A stretch of DNA of 64,000 nt from Capsulimonadaceae bacterium (GTDB lineage: Bacteria > Armatimonadota > Armatimonadia > Armatimonadales > Capsulimonadaceae): NCBI GenBank assembly GCA_965215505.1, contig OZ244065.1, positions 5,184,001 through 5,248,000 of the forward strand, given 5' to 3'. This document shows positions 17,689 through 26,832 of this stretch, piece after piece. Numbering within the stretch: position 1 is the stretch's first letter; every line of letters begins with the position of its first letter. The translations under genes were made by a program, and so were the position numbers. The notes beneath the pieces are model-generated. The model did no database searches. It had not been told where the DNA came from and worked only from the letters and a program-made list of their open reading frames with translations.

Positions 17689-18219
17689 ATGAACACCGTA
17701 TCCGAACCCGCATCCGAATCCATGCCCTTGCCCCGTGCCGCGCCCGCCCGCCAGGCGTGGGTCGTGGTCGAGGCGGCGCTCTCGTTCATCGGCGCGGGCA
17801 TCGCCGGCACGCTCTGGTGGAAGGACCGTCTCCACCAGGACGTGCCGTGCAGCGCGGATGGCGGATGCGAGATCGTCGCGGCCAGCCACTGGTCCCATGT
17901 TGATCTGCTCGTCTTCCACCAGGTCCCGGTCGCCCTGCTCGGGCTGATTGGCTACCTCGTCCTGCTGACTCTCGCCATGCTGCGGCTCGGGTCGGAAAGC
18001 GAAGTCTGGGGCCGTCGTCTGCACCGCCTGGTCTGGCTGATGGCGGCGGGCGGGGCGGCGTATTCCTGGTATTTGCAATGGGTCGCGCACTTCAAAATCG
18101 GGGCGTACTGCCCCTGGTGCCGCTCCTCCGCGTTCGTGATGACTTTCCTGCTGCTGGCGGCGACATGGGAGTGGTGGGCGGCGCGGCCCCGGATTGGGGA
18201 GGAAAGACTGCATGGCTGA
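17689..18219 (+). CDS. Vitamin K epoxide reductase (VKOR) family protein
   Basis: CSADGGC loop, PVALLG, C-terminal YCPWC. Confidence 0.88.
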   Translation: MNTVSEPASESMPLPRAAPARQAWVVVEAALSFIGAGIAGTLWWKDRLHQDVPCSADGGCEIVAASHWSHVDLLVFHQVPVALLGLIGYLVLLTLAMLRLGSESEVWGRRLHRLVWLMAAGGAAYSWYLQWVAHFKIGAYCPWCRSSAFVMTFLLLAATWEWWAARPRIGEERLHG

Positions 18220-19084
18220 GATGTACAAACCGGTGGCGGAGGACCCCCCCGCCCATGATCCTGGGGCGCTGGAGGCTGACTCAAACCTCCCCGCTGCTCC
18301 GGAGGTAGGGGCGCGGGCACCTGCTGGTGCCGTTTCATCGCGCGCCAAGGGGAAAACAAAAGGGGCTGTGCTGCTTGGCATCTGGCTCGCCCTGCTCGCG
18401 GGCCTGATCGTCGGGATCAACCTGATGAACCAGCCGCCCGTCATCCCCCCGAAGGTTGTGACGCCTCCATCAAACCCCATGCCGAAACTCACCGCGGCGA
18501 GGATGGAGGCGGACTGGCCGCAGATCGTCGCCCACGCTGCCGCCCCGCCGCTCGGTAAGGTGGGGGCGCGCTACACCCTGGCCGAGTTCGGCGACTTCCA
18601 GTGCCCGCAGTGCGGGAAGGCACGACCTATCCTGGAGAAGATGCTGGCGCAATATCCCGATCAGGTCAACCTGATCTTCGTCCACCGGCCCATCCCCGGC
18701 CTCCACGAGTTCGCGATGCCCTCCGGGCAGGCTTCGGAGATCGCCGCCGCGTCGGGCAAGTTCTGGCCGATGTACGACCTGCTGTACGGGAACCAGGATA
18801 ACCTGGAACCCGGCTTCTACGGCACCTATGCCGCCAAAATCGGTCTGGACAAAGCGCAGTTCCAGAAGGCGTTCGACGCCGGACAGGGCTTGGACAGGCT
18901 GAAGGAGACGGCTAAGTTCTCTGAGGCCGAGAACATTGACGAGACGCCGACGGTCCTGGTCCACGACAGCGTCACCAAGAACGTCACGATCTACATCGGA
19001 TTGATCGGTGCCAAAAACGCCGAGATCGGCGTCCCCTTCCCCGGCCTGGACAAACTCACCGCTACCCCTCCGTGGGCGAAGTAG
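18212..19084 (+). CDS. Membrane-anchored DsbA/thioredoxin-fold protein
   Basis: EFGDFQCPQC active site, GKFWPMYDLLY, ETP cis-Pro loop; overlaps the VKOR gene. Confidence 0.88.
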   Translation: MAEMYKPVAEDPPAHDPGALEADSNLPAAPEVGARAPAGAVSSRAKGKTKGAVLLGIWLALLAGLIVGINLMNQPPVIPPKVVTPPSNPMPKLTAARMEADWPQIVAHAAAPPLGKVGARYTLAEFGDFQCPQCGKARPILEKMLAQYPDQVNLIFVHRPIPGLHEFAMPSGQASEIAAASGKFWPMYDLLYGNQDNLEPGFYGTYAAKIGLDKAQFQKAFDAGQGLDRLKETAKFSEAENIDETPTVLVHDSVTKNVTIYIGLIGAKNAEIGVPFPGLDKLTATPPWAK

Positions 19085-19129
19085 GGGAGGAGAACACGGA
19101 GAAAGAGACACGGAGAGGGATACGGCAAG

Positions 19130-19156
19130 AGGGGCGAACACAAGGTTCGCCCCTGC
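19130..19156 (-). repeat. REP-like palindrome family B, copy 1
   Basis: aggggcgaac-acaag-gttcgcccct; reverse complement nearly identical to 55377-55402. Confidence 0.7.
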
Positions 19157-19184
19157 GAGTATTTCCGGCCCCCTCCGCCGCCCG

Positions 19185-19997
19185 TCACGCTTCCGGGACT
19201 TCCTGCGTCACCACCGTGAACTTTTCCAGCGTGTTCGAGCCGAAAGCCGTCGTCATCGCGACGTCGGTCGCGTCCCGCCCGCGCGTCAGCAGGACGCGCC
19301 CGATGCGCGGCTCGTTGTGTCGGGCATCAAAGGTATGCCAGCGGCCACCCAGGTAGACCTCGAACCAGGCATTGAAGTCGTCCGGGTTTACGTCCGGGGG
19401 GACGCCGATGTCCCCCAGATAGCCGTTGCAGTAGCGGGCCGGGATGTTCATGCAGCGGCAGAAGGTGACCGCCAGGTGCGTGAAGTCGCGGCAGACGCCG
19501 CGCCGCTCCGTGAACACGTCCAGCGACGTCTTGGACGGCCGCGCGTACCGGTAGCCGAATTCCACATGCTCGCACACCCAGTCGCAGATCGCCTGCACCC
19601 GCGCCCCGCCCGTCGGCGTCTGCCCGAACAGGTCCCAGGCGATGGACAGCATCTCGGCCACCTCGCAGTACCTGCTCCCCAGAAGGAACATCAGGCACTC
19701 GTCCGGCAGGTCCTCAATCGGGTGCTGCGGTGCATCCACCGCGATGACCTCGTGCAGCCCGCTGTCCTCGGCCACGGCCTCGGAATACAGGCGCAAGTGG
19801 CCTGCCGGGGCGAGCAGACGGTTACAGCGGTTGCCGAAGCCGTCAATAAACTCGGTGATCGGCAATTCCGGCTCGGACCGGGGCCGGTCCTCGCCGCGCA
19901 GCCGGTGCGCCTCCGAGGGGTGTGTGTTCAGCATCAGCAGCATGGCGGTCGGGGCGGGAAAATTGAAAGTGATGTCGTAGCCAAGGCGAATAAGCAT
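19185..19997 (-). CDS. Transglutaminase-like family protein
   Basis: MLIRLGYDI start, GSRYCE, GVCRDFTHLA, PARYCNGYLGDIG, FNAWFEVYLGGRW..FDARHN. Confidence 0.9.
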   Translation of the reverse strand: MLIRLGYDITFNFPAPTAMLLMLNTHPSEAHRLRGEDRPRSEPELPITEFIDGFGNRCNRLLAPAGHLRLYSEAVAEDSGLHEVIAVDAPQHPIEDLPDECLMFLLGSRYCEVAEMLSIAWDLFGQTPTGGARVQAICDWVCEHVEFGYRYARPSKTSLDVFTERRGVCRDFTHLAVTFCRCMNIPARYCNGYLGDIGVPPDVNPDDFNAWFEVYLGGRWHTFDARHNEPRIGRVLLTRGRDATDVAMTTAFGSNTLEKFTVVTQEVPEA

Positions 19998-20116
19998 AAA
20001 CGGGTACACGGGGTAACATGAGGGGGAGCGGCGGCATTGCCCGCAAGAGCGCGTACCTTCAGTGTACCCCAAGAGGGCGGCGAACGCGCCGGGGCTACCG
20101 TTGACGAGGAGAACAC

Positions 20117-21805
20117 ATGCCGACAGACCTGACCTTTGACCGCTACTACACCCACGAGGAGATCACGCGGCTCCTGCACGAGTTCGCCGCCGAGCGCCCC
20201 GACCTGGTCCACGTCCACAGCATCGGCCAGTCCTACGAGGGCCGCGACATCTGGCTCGCGACCGTGACGCGCTTCTCCACCGGCCCCGCCGACGAGAAGC
20301 CCGCCTTCTGGGTGGACGCCAACATCCACGCGACCGAGCTGTCCCCCTCCAGCGCCGCCCTCTACCTGCTGCACCGGCTGACGAGCGGCGATGGGGCCGA
20401 CGCCGACGTGACGCGCGCCCTGGACACCCGCGCCTTTTACATCGTCCCGCGCGTCAACCCCGACGGGGCCGAACTCGCCATGCAGACGCCCCCGCGCTGG
20501 CTCCGCTCCTCCGCCCGGCCCTACCCGTTCGACGAGGAACCCATCGAGGGGCTGCGGCGCGAGGACGTGGACGGCAACGGCAAGCTGCTCTCCATGCGTA
20601 TCCTGGACCCCAACGGGGCCTGGAAAGCGCACCCGGACGAACCCCGCCTGCTGGTCCGCCGAGGCCCCGCCGAGACCGGCGGCACCTACTACCGTCAGTT
20701 GCCGGAAGGCCGCCTGACCAATTTCGACGGCGTCCAGATCCGCCTGCAAAAGACCAAAGAGGGCCTGGACCTGAACCGCAACTTCCCCTCCGAGTGGCGG
20801 CCCGAGGGCGACCAGGGCGGCGCGGGCGAGTTCCCGGCTTCAGAACCCGAGGTGCGCGCCCTCGTGGAGTTCATCGTCAAGCACCCCAACATCTGCGGCG
20901 CGGTGACCTTCCATACCCTCAGCGGCGTCATCCTGCGCCCCTACGGCGTCAAGGCCGACTCCGAAATGATCCCCGAAGACCTGTGGACCTTCGGCAAGAT
21001 CGGCGACAAGGGCACTGAACTGACCGGCTACCCGAACGTCTCCGTCTTCCACGACTTCAAATACCACCCCAAGGAGGTCATCACGGGCGTCTTTGACGAC
21101 TGGATGTACGATCACCTTGGGGTTTACGCCTGGACGACCGAACTCTGGTCCCCGCAGCGCCAGGCGGGCATCACGGACTACAAGTTCATCGAGTGGTTCC
21201 GCGAGCACCCCGTCGAGGACGACCTGAAGCTCATCCGGTGGAACGACGAGAAGCTGGACGGAAAAGGCTTTATCCCCTGGCAGCCTTTCGAGCATCCCGA
21301 CCTCGGGCCGGTCGAGATCGGCGGCTGGGACTATGCCTACTGCTTCCGCAACCCGCCCCCGCACCTGCTGGAAGCCGAGATCGCCCCCCATTCCGACTGG
21401 CTGGTCTGGCAGGCCCTCATCACGCCCAAGCTGGAACTCCTCTCCGCCGAAGCGAAGCCCCTGGGCGACGGCGTCTACCGCGTCCGCCTGGTCGTCCAGA
21501 ACACGGGTTGGCTGCCCACCTACGTCTCCAAGCGCGCCCTGGAGCGCAAGAGCGTCCGCCCCGTACTGGCCGAGATTACCCTCCCCGAAGGCGCGACCCT
21601 CCATGTGGGCCGCGTCCGTGAGGAGATGGGCCAGCTCGAAGGCCGCCACCTCAAAGCCGCGAGTGGATTCAGCCCCGTGGCCGACCCCACCGACGACCGC
21701 GCCCACTTCGACTGGATCGTCCACGCTCCGTCGGGCGGCACGGTGAAGTTGATCGCGCGGCACCAGCGCGCGGGCGTGGTGCGGGCGGAGGTGGAGCTAG
21801 TCTGA
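20117..21805 (+). CDS. M14 family zinc carboxypeptidase
   Basis: DANIHATE, NPDG, DLNRNFP, SEPE, TFHT, WTTELW. Confidence 0.9.
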   Translation: MPTDLTFDRYYTHEEITRLLHEFAAERPDLVHVHSIGQSYEGRDIWLATVTRFSTGPADEKPAFWVDANIHATELSPSSAALYLLHRLTSGDGADADVTRALDTRAFYIVPRVNPDGAELAMQTPPRWLRSSARPYPFDEEPIEGLRREDVDGNGKLLSMRILDPNGAWKAHPDEPRLLVRRGPAETGGTYYRQLPEGRLTNFDGVQIRLQKTKEGLDLNRNFPSEWRPEGDQGGAGEFPASEPEVRALVEFIVKHPNICGAVTFHTLSGVILRPYGVKADSEMIPEDLWTFGKIGDKGTELTGYPNVSVFHDFKYHPKEVITGVFDDWMYDHLGVYAWTTELWSPQRQAGITDYKFIEWFREHPVEDDLKLIRWNDEKLDGKGFIPWQPFEHPDLGPVEIGGWDYAYCFRNPPPHLLEAEIAPHSDWLVWQALITPKLELLSAEAKPLGDGVYRVRLVVQNTGWLPTYVSKRALERKSVRPVLAEITLPEGATLHVGRVREEMGQLEGRHLKAASGFSPVADPTDDRAHFDWIVHAPSGGTVKLIARHQRAGVVRAEVELV

Positions 21806-22227
21806 TGGACGCTGCTGAACACGATCAAGTCGCTGAGGTCGCCGAGAAACTGGCCGCTCGTGTGGATGCGGTCGGAATAAACGGTCTGTCGCCATCAGAA
21901 CAAGTCATCGTGCGGGCGTGGTCCGCTGCCGGTGTTATCAGCAACGCAGGCTTCCGGTACTTCTACGAAGGTGCAACCACATCGCGGCTGTTGCTGACGC
22001 CTTTGAGGCATTAGACCTGCCCGAAGCTGCTCAAGCCTGCCGCAAATCCATGACTCGCTTTCCGGCATGGGTTCTCGCGGCAGGATATGAGCAATCGCGC
22101 GCGTGGATGGCGCAACTTGATGAAGCCGAACTCGATGCTTATTTTGATCCCCTCAACGACATTCTCTGGGGCTTGCACGACAACAACCGATTGGCTCATG
22201 CGCTTGCGCGATACATCCGTGAGAGAA
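21805..22227 (+). pseudogene. DUF4375/DMP19-like gene, frameshifted near 21975 and lacking its own stop
   Basis: ORF 21805 (LSPSEQVI...VISNAGFRYFYEG) continues in the -1 frame as IAAVADAFEALDLPEAA...LARYIRE and runs into the duplicated M14 tail. Confidence 0.55.
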
Positions 22228-22293
22228 TCGGGCGGGATGGTAAAGTTAATTGCCCGGCATCAAAGGGCAGGCTTGGTGCGGGTGGAGGTATGA
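22228..22293 (+). repeat. Diverged duplicate of the M14 peptidase 3' end
   Basis: Encodes SGGMVKLIARHQRAGLVRVEV* versus SGGTVKLIARHQRAGVVRAEVELV* at 21731-21805; 49/63 nt and 18/21 aa identical by hand alignment. Confidence 0.85.
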
Positions 22294-22574
22294 CTGCCTT
22301 GACCCCGGTGCTGCACAGGGTCATACAAATCATAGCAGAGCAGTTCGGGGAGGATATCGGCAGCCTGACGCCCGAAACCCGTTTCGTGGAGGACTTGGCT
22401 GAGTCCCTTGAGTTCACAGAGACGATAATGGCGTGCGAAGAGGCGTTTACTCTCTCCATATCGAACGGGGATGCCACCGGGCTTGTCAATATCGGTCTCC
22501 TCGCCGACTACATCGAGAAACGCTTGGGACCTGATCCTGGGGTGTGGCCTCCCGCACCCAGAGAGGCGGGATAA
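22290..22574 (+). CDS. Acyl carrier protein-like protein with C-terminal VWPPAP tail
   Basis: RBS ggagg; VIQIIAEQFG...LTPETRFVEDLAESLEFTETIMACEEAF matches the ACP pattern. Confidence 0.7.
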   Translation: MTALTPVLHRVIQIIAEQFGEDIGSLTPETRFVEDLAESLEFTETIMACEEAFTLSISNGDATGLVNIGLLADYIEKRLGPDPGVWPPAPREAG

Positions 22575-22607
22575 ACACCAATGTCACGCGCCAATTGCGG
22601 CGAGCGA

Positions 22608-22736
22608 GGACGAGTGGTTAAAATCACTCGCTGACATAGGATTTGTCCAAGGGACAAGGGATAGGATGATACCGAACTTCCGCCTTCTGTCCCCTGGACA
22701 GGTCGGTCGGTAGCGAGTGATTTCAATCACTCGTCC
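22608..22736. repeat. REPIN-like composite palindrome family A, copy 1
   Basis: Arms ggacgagtggttaaaatcactcgct and gtagcgagtgatttcaatcactcgtcc, with inner pair tgtccaagggaca / tgtcccctggaca. Confidence 0.8.
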
Positions 22737-22830
22737 TGCTCTGCTCGTCCTCGCTCTGCTCAGGTGCCGATACAAACCTGCACAACACCAATTCAGTGGA
22801 TCACGCGATGAATGGGCGGTATAAGCTGCT

Positions 22831-23517
22831 GTGACACCGACAGTAATCAACTCTGAAGCCTCACCGGAAGTTGGGCTGACTTATAAAGAGCGTCTGGACG
22901 CCGACATGAACTGGGCGCTTCGGGAGGGCGGCATGTTCTTTCAGAACGAAAGCGAAGTGCAGAAGTCCCTGCGTCGCATCACCGCCCGCCTCAACGACCT
23001 GGGCATAGACTATGCCGTCGTCGGCGGCATGGCCCTGTTCCTGCATGGCTTCCGGCGCTTTACGGAGGACGTGGACATTTTGGTAACGCGCGAGGGCCTG
23101 CAAAGGCTGCATGAGGCTCTGGAAGGCAGCGGCTACCGGCCACCGTTCGCGAACAGCAAGAACTTACGGGACACAGACAATGGCGTTCGCATCGAGTTCC
23201 TTGTCGCCGGCGAGTATCCGGGCGACGGCAAGGCAAAGCCGGTGGCGTTTCCTGAACCCGCCGCCGTCGCAACCGAGCAAGAGGGCGTCCGCCTCCTGAA
23301 CCTGACCGCACTCATCGAGCTCAAGCTGGCGTCCGGCATGACAGGTCTGGCCCGCCTCAAGGACCTTGCAGATGTGCAGGAAGTGATTAAAATGCTTCGA
23401 TTGCCGGAGACGCTGGTGGAGCAACTGGACCCCTACGTTCAAGAGCGCTACAGGGAACTCTGGCAGGGGGCCGAGGCGGAGCGGCGACAAAAGCAGGACG
23501 ACGAGCCTCAAGGATAA
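22831..23517 (+). CDS. Nucleotidyltransferase-superfamily protein (AbiEii/DUF6036-like fold)
   Basis: YAVVGGMAL..HG..RFTEDVDILV; LIELKLASG...KDLADV. Confidence 0.7.
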   Translation: MTPTVINSEASPEVGLTYKERLDADMNWALREGGMFFQNESEVQKSLRRITARLNDLGIDYAVVGGMALFLHGFRRFTEDVDILVTREGLQRLHEALEGSGYRPPFANSKNLRDTDNGVRIEFLVAGEYPGDGKAKPVAFPEPAAVATEQEGVRLLNLTALIELKLASGMTGLARLKDLADVQEVIKMLRLPETLVEQLDPYVQERYRELWQGAEAERRQKQDDEPQG

Positions 23518-23523
23518 CCATAA

Positions 23524-25080
23524 ATGGCACAAAGCGAAGTAGACACCGAACTGGAAACTCTGATCCGGGCGCGCTACCCGATCATCTACGTCGTCTCCTG
23601 GGAGGAGAAGCGCGTCGAGGAGGCTCTGCGCGCCATCACCAAGGCCCGCAACAAAAAGATGTACCAGTGGACCGTCACGCAGGGGATGGTGCTGAACCCG
23701 CTCAACCGCGACGAGGCCACGCGCGACCCGCTGGCCGCCCTGGACTTCGTGATGGAGTCGCGCGACCAGGCCGTCTTCCTGCTGAAAGACTTCCACCCGT
23801 TCCTCAACGACACCTCCCTGGTTCGCCGCCTGCGCGACCTGACGTATGCGCTGAAGACCTCTTATAAGACGCTCATCCTGCTGTCTCCCGTCCTGAAGCT
23901 GCCGCCGGAGCTTGAGAAGGAGATCACGGTCGTAGATTACGCCCTGCCGTCACTGGAAGACTTGGGCAGACTGCTGGACAGCATCATCGAGTCCGTCCGG
24001 GCCAACCCGCAGGTGCAGACGCAGATGACGACCGAGGAGCGCGAGCAGGTCTTGCAGGCCGCCCTGGGGCTGACGGCGACCGAGGCCGAGAACGTCTTCG
24101 CCAAGTCGCTGGTCGAGCGCCGCAAGTTCGACACGGACGTGATTCTGTCCGAGAAAGAGCAGATCATCCGTAAGTCGGCTATCTTAGAATATTACCGTAC
24201 CTCAGAAGCCTTTGCGGATGTCGGCGGGCTGGACCTGCTCAAAGACTGGATGGACAAGCGCACCGTCGCCTTCACCGAAAAGGCCCGCGACTACGGCCTG
24301 CCCGCCCCCAAGGGCATCCTGATCTTGGGAGTTCAGGGGTGCGGCAAGTCTCTTTCCAGCAAGGCCATCGCCTCGCTCTGGAAGCTGCCGCTCCTCCGCA
24401 TGGACGTGGGCAAGATCTTCGGCGGCATCGTCGGCCAGAGCGAGGAGAACATCCGCAAGGCCATCCGGGTGGCCGAAAGCACCGCGCCCAACATCGTCTG
24501 GATAGACGAACTGGAAAAGGGCTTTTCGGGGACGCAGTCGTCGGGCATCAGCGACGGCGGGACCACGGCGCGCGTCTTCGGCACCTTCCTGGCCTGGCTC
24601 CAGGACAAGACCGCGCCGTGCTTCGTCGTGGCGACGGCCAATGACGTGTCCGCCCTGCCCCCGGAACTGCTCCGGAAAGGCCGCTTCGACGAGATATTCT
24701 TCGTGGATCTGCCGGACGAGCCGGAGCGCATAGACATCTTTTCCATTCACCTCAAAAAGCGGCGGCGCGACCCGGCCTTGTTCGACCTCAGAGTCTTGGC
24801 GAAGGCGACCAATGGTTATTCGGGGGCGGAGATCGAGCAGGCCATCATCGCGGCCATGTACGACGCCTTCAACCAGGACCGCGACATCCTGACCGACGAC
24901 ATCCTGAAGGCCGCCGGGCAGTCCATTCCGCTGTCCGAAACCATGAAGGAAAAAATAGACATCCTGCGCTTCTGGGCCGAGACCCGCGCCCGCCCTGCCT
25001 CCTCCGCCCCCGCCGTCGAGACGCAGGAGGCGGGCTTGCAGGAGGACGACGACCGCATCGCGCCGACGGAAGTAGCCTAG
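23524..25080 (+). CDS. AAA+ ATPase (Ycf46-like)
   Basis: [62 protein letters not shown]. Confidence 0.9.
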   Translation: MAQSEVDTELETLIRARYPIIYVVSWEEKRVEEALRAITKARNKKMYQWTVTQGMVLNPLNRDEATRDPLAALDFVMESRDQAVFLLKDFHPFLNDTSLVRRLRDLTYALKTSYKTLILLSPVLKLPPELEKEITVVDYALPSLEDLGRLLDSIIESVRANPQVQTQMTTEEREQVLQAALGLTATEAENVFAKSLVERRKFDTDVILSEKEQIIRKSAILEYYRTSEAFADVGGLDLLKDWMDKRTVAFTEKARDYGLPAPKGILILGVQGCGKSLSSKAIASLWKLPLLRMDVGKIFGGIVGQSEENIRKAIRVAESTAPNIVWIDELEKGFSGTQSSGISDGGTTARVFGTFLAWLQDKTAPCFVVATANDVSALPPELLRKGRFDEIFFVDLPDEPERIDIFSIHLKKRRRDPALFDLRVLAKATNGYSGAEIEQAIIAAMYDAFNQDRDILTDDILKAAGQSIPLSETMKEKIDILRFWAETRARPASSAPAVETQEAGLQEDDDRIAPTEVA

Positions 25081-25988
25081 TGGAAGGCAAAGCGGACGCC
25101 GCGCTTCTGATGGAGGCGTTCCTGGCGAACATGTCCGCGGAGCGCGGCCTGTCGGCTAACACGCTGGAAGCTTATCGCTATGACCTGACGCAGTTCCTCG
25201 CCTCGCTGGCCGCCCAGGACATCGTCCAGGTCAAGGCCATCACGCCCGGCCACGTCTACGGCTTCCTCGCCGGGCTGCGCCGGGCGGGCCTGCGCCCGGC
25301 CTCCATCGCGCGCAAGACGATCTCGGTAAAGCTGTGGATGCAGTTCCTCTGCCGGGACGGGCATCTTGCCGCCGATCCGACCCTCGCGGTCGAAACCAGC
25401 AAACTCGCGCAGCGCCTCCCGACGACGCTCTCCCTGCCCGAGATCGAGTGCCTGCTGACGGTTCCCTCGGCGGCGACACCGGCGGGCCTGCGTGACCGGG
25501 CGATGCTCGAAACCATGTACGGCTGTGGCCTGCGCGTCTCGGAACTCGTCGCCTTGAAGTCCGAAGACGTGGACCTGCGCGCCCGGCTGGTCCGCCCCTT
25601 CGGCAAGAGCGGCAAGGAGCGGCAGGTCCCCCTCGGCGACGGCGTCCACGACACCCTCACGGCTTACCTTGCTACTTCCCGCCCAGCCCTGCTGGCAAAG
25701 AAGCCGCCCACGCCTTACCTCTTCGTGACCCGCCAGGGCGGACCCATGACCCGGCGGCACTTCCTCGTTCTGGTCAAAGCCTATGCCCGACAGGCCGGAA
25801 TCGCCCGCACCATCTCGCCTCATGTCCTGCGTCACTCCTTCGCCACACACCTGCTCTCCGGCGGAGCCGACCTGCGCGCCATCCAGGAGATGCTCGGCCA
25901 TGCCAGCGTCCAGACCACCCAGCGTTACACCCGCGTAGACGTGGCCCGCCTGCGCGAGGTCTACGACCGGACGCACCCACGCGCCTGA
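25080..25988 (+). CDS. xerD: Tyrosine recombinase XerD
   Basis: ERGLSANTLEAY, RDRAMLETMYGCGLRVSEL, SPHVLRHSFATHLL, QEMLGHAS..TTQRYT, C-terminal HPRA. Confidence 0.9.
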   Translation: MEGKADAALLMEAFLANMSAERGLSANTLEAYRYDLTQFLASLAAQDIVQVKAITPGHVYGFLAGLRRAGLRPASIARKTISVKLWMQFLCRDGHLAADPTLAVETSKLAQRLPTTLSLPEIECLLTVPSAATPAGLRDRAMLETMYGCGLRVSELVALKSEDVDLRARLVRPFGKSGKERQVPLGDGVHDTLTAYLATSRPALLAKKPPTPYLFVTRQGGPMTRRHFLVLVKAYARQAGIARTISPHVLRHSFATHLLSGGADLRAIQEMLGHASVQTTQRYTRVDVARLREVYDRTHPRA

Positions 25989-26008
25989 TCGGGTATGATG
26001 AGAGCATC

Positions 26009-26593
26009 ATGGACGAATTAGAGACACAAATTCGGGCCGAACTCGCCGCCATCACGGACATACTTGAAAACATCCTGGGCCGCTGGTCGCGCTGGAACGG
26101 CGAGGTGGAGTTGTTGGATGAGGCTGCCGCGTATGGCAAGGCACGTTGGAGTGGCGGCATTGTTCTCAATAGGGGAGTGGCAGCGAGTGAAGCACGTTGG
26201 CGGACCGAAATCCACGAACTGCTGCATACATTCTCGCCGGAACTGACTGCGAGCAGCTATCTTAGCCTGCCGGGATGGAAAGAGGGAATTGTCGAGCAAT
26301 CACAGCGCTCATTGCGCGCCGACATACTCACTCGGCTGTCTGTCACTGTGCCGGATGGAGTGTTTGGCGCCGTGGAAGCTGGGCACGAATACAACCGCTA
26401 CATTTCTGCTTTGGATAAACTCGTCACTATCCTGAATGAGTCGGGCGAAGTGTTCTGTCGGGAGTTGCTGGCAGTTCCTTTAAAGGATCACCCGGCGGCA
26501 GTCATTCAACGAGGACGACAACTACCGTCTGATCAATTTCGGGTGTTTCAACGAGAGTTCGCACTGGCTTTCTCGACTCTGAGGGGAGACTAA
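26009..26593 (+). CDS. Hypothetical protein with HEXXH zinc-metallopeptidase motif
   Basis: TEIHELLHTFS followed by GWKEGIVE; AT-richer than flanks. Confidence 0.6.
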   Translation: MDELETQIRAELAAITDILENILGRWSRWNGEVELLDEAAAYGKARWSGGIVLNRGVAASEARWRTEIHELLHTFSPELTASSYLSLPGWKEGIVEQSQRSLRADILTRLSVTVPDGVFGAVEAGHEYNRYISALDKLVTILNESGEVFCRELLAVPLKDHPAAVIQRGRQLPSDQFRVFQREFALAFSTLRGD

Positions 26594-26597
26594 CACG

Positions 26598-26822
26598 ATG
26601 CAAGATGAAGCCTCCAAGAAGCAGCTTTGGCTGTCGATCCGTCAGTTGAAGCGTCAGAAGACGTTGCCTGCGATTCGGCAAGCGCAGCAGATGCTCCGCG
26701 ACTGGATGAAGGAACACCCGGACGATTACTCCAGCCAAGATGCCGGTGGGGAACTTTGGATGATGGAGGAAGCGCTGGAAATCATCGAAGCCGAAAAAGC
26801 TGCTGAACTCGCCGCCGTCTGA
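26598..26822 (+). CDS. Small hypothetical protein, partner of the HEXXH gene
   Basis: 74 aa, RBS ggag, 4 nt after the upstream stop; basic N-half, acidic C-half. Confidence 0.6.
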   Translation: MQDEASKKQLWLSIRQLKRQKTLPAIRQAQQMLRDWMKEHPDDYSSQDAGGELWMMEEALEIIEAEKAAELAAV

Positions 26823-26832
26823 GAACCTGCCC

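Noticed and set aside
22608-22736. Possible CRISPR repeats or integron attC sites
   Set aside because: Arms are inverted rather than direct, copies are dispersed, there is no spacer array or cas gene, and no integron integrase or clear attC core sites.
25080-25988. Tyrosine recombinase as island or prophage integrase
   Set aside because: Sequence and HPRA terminus match housekeeping XerD; no phage genes nearby.
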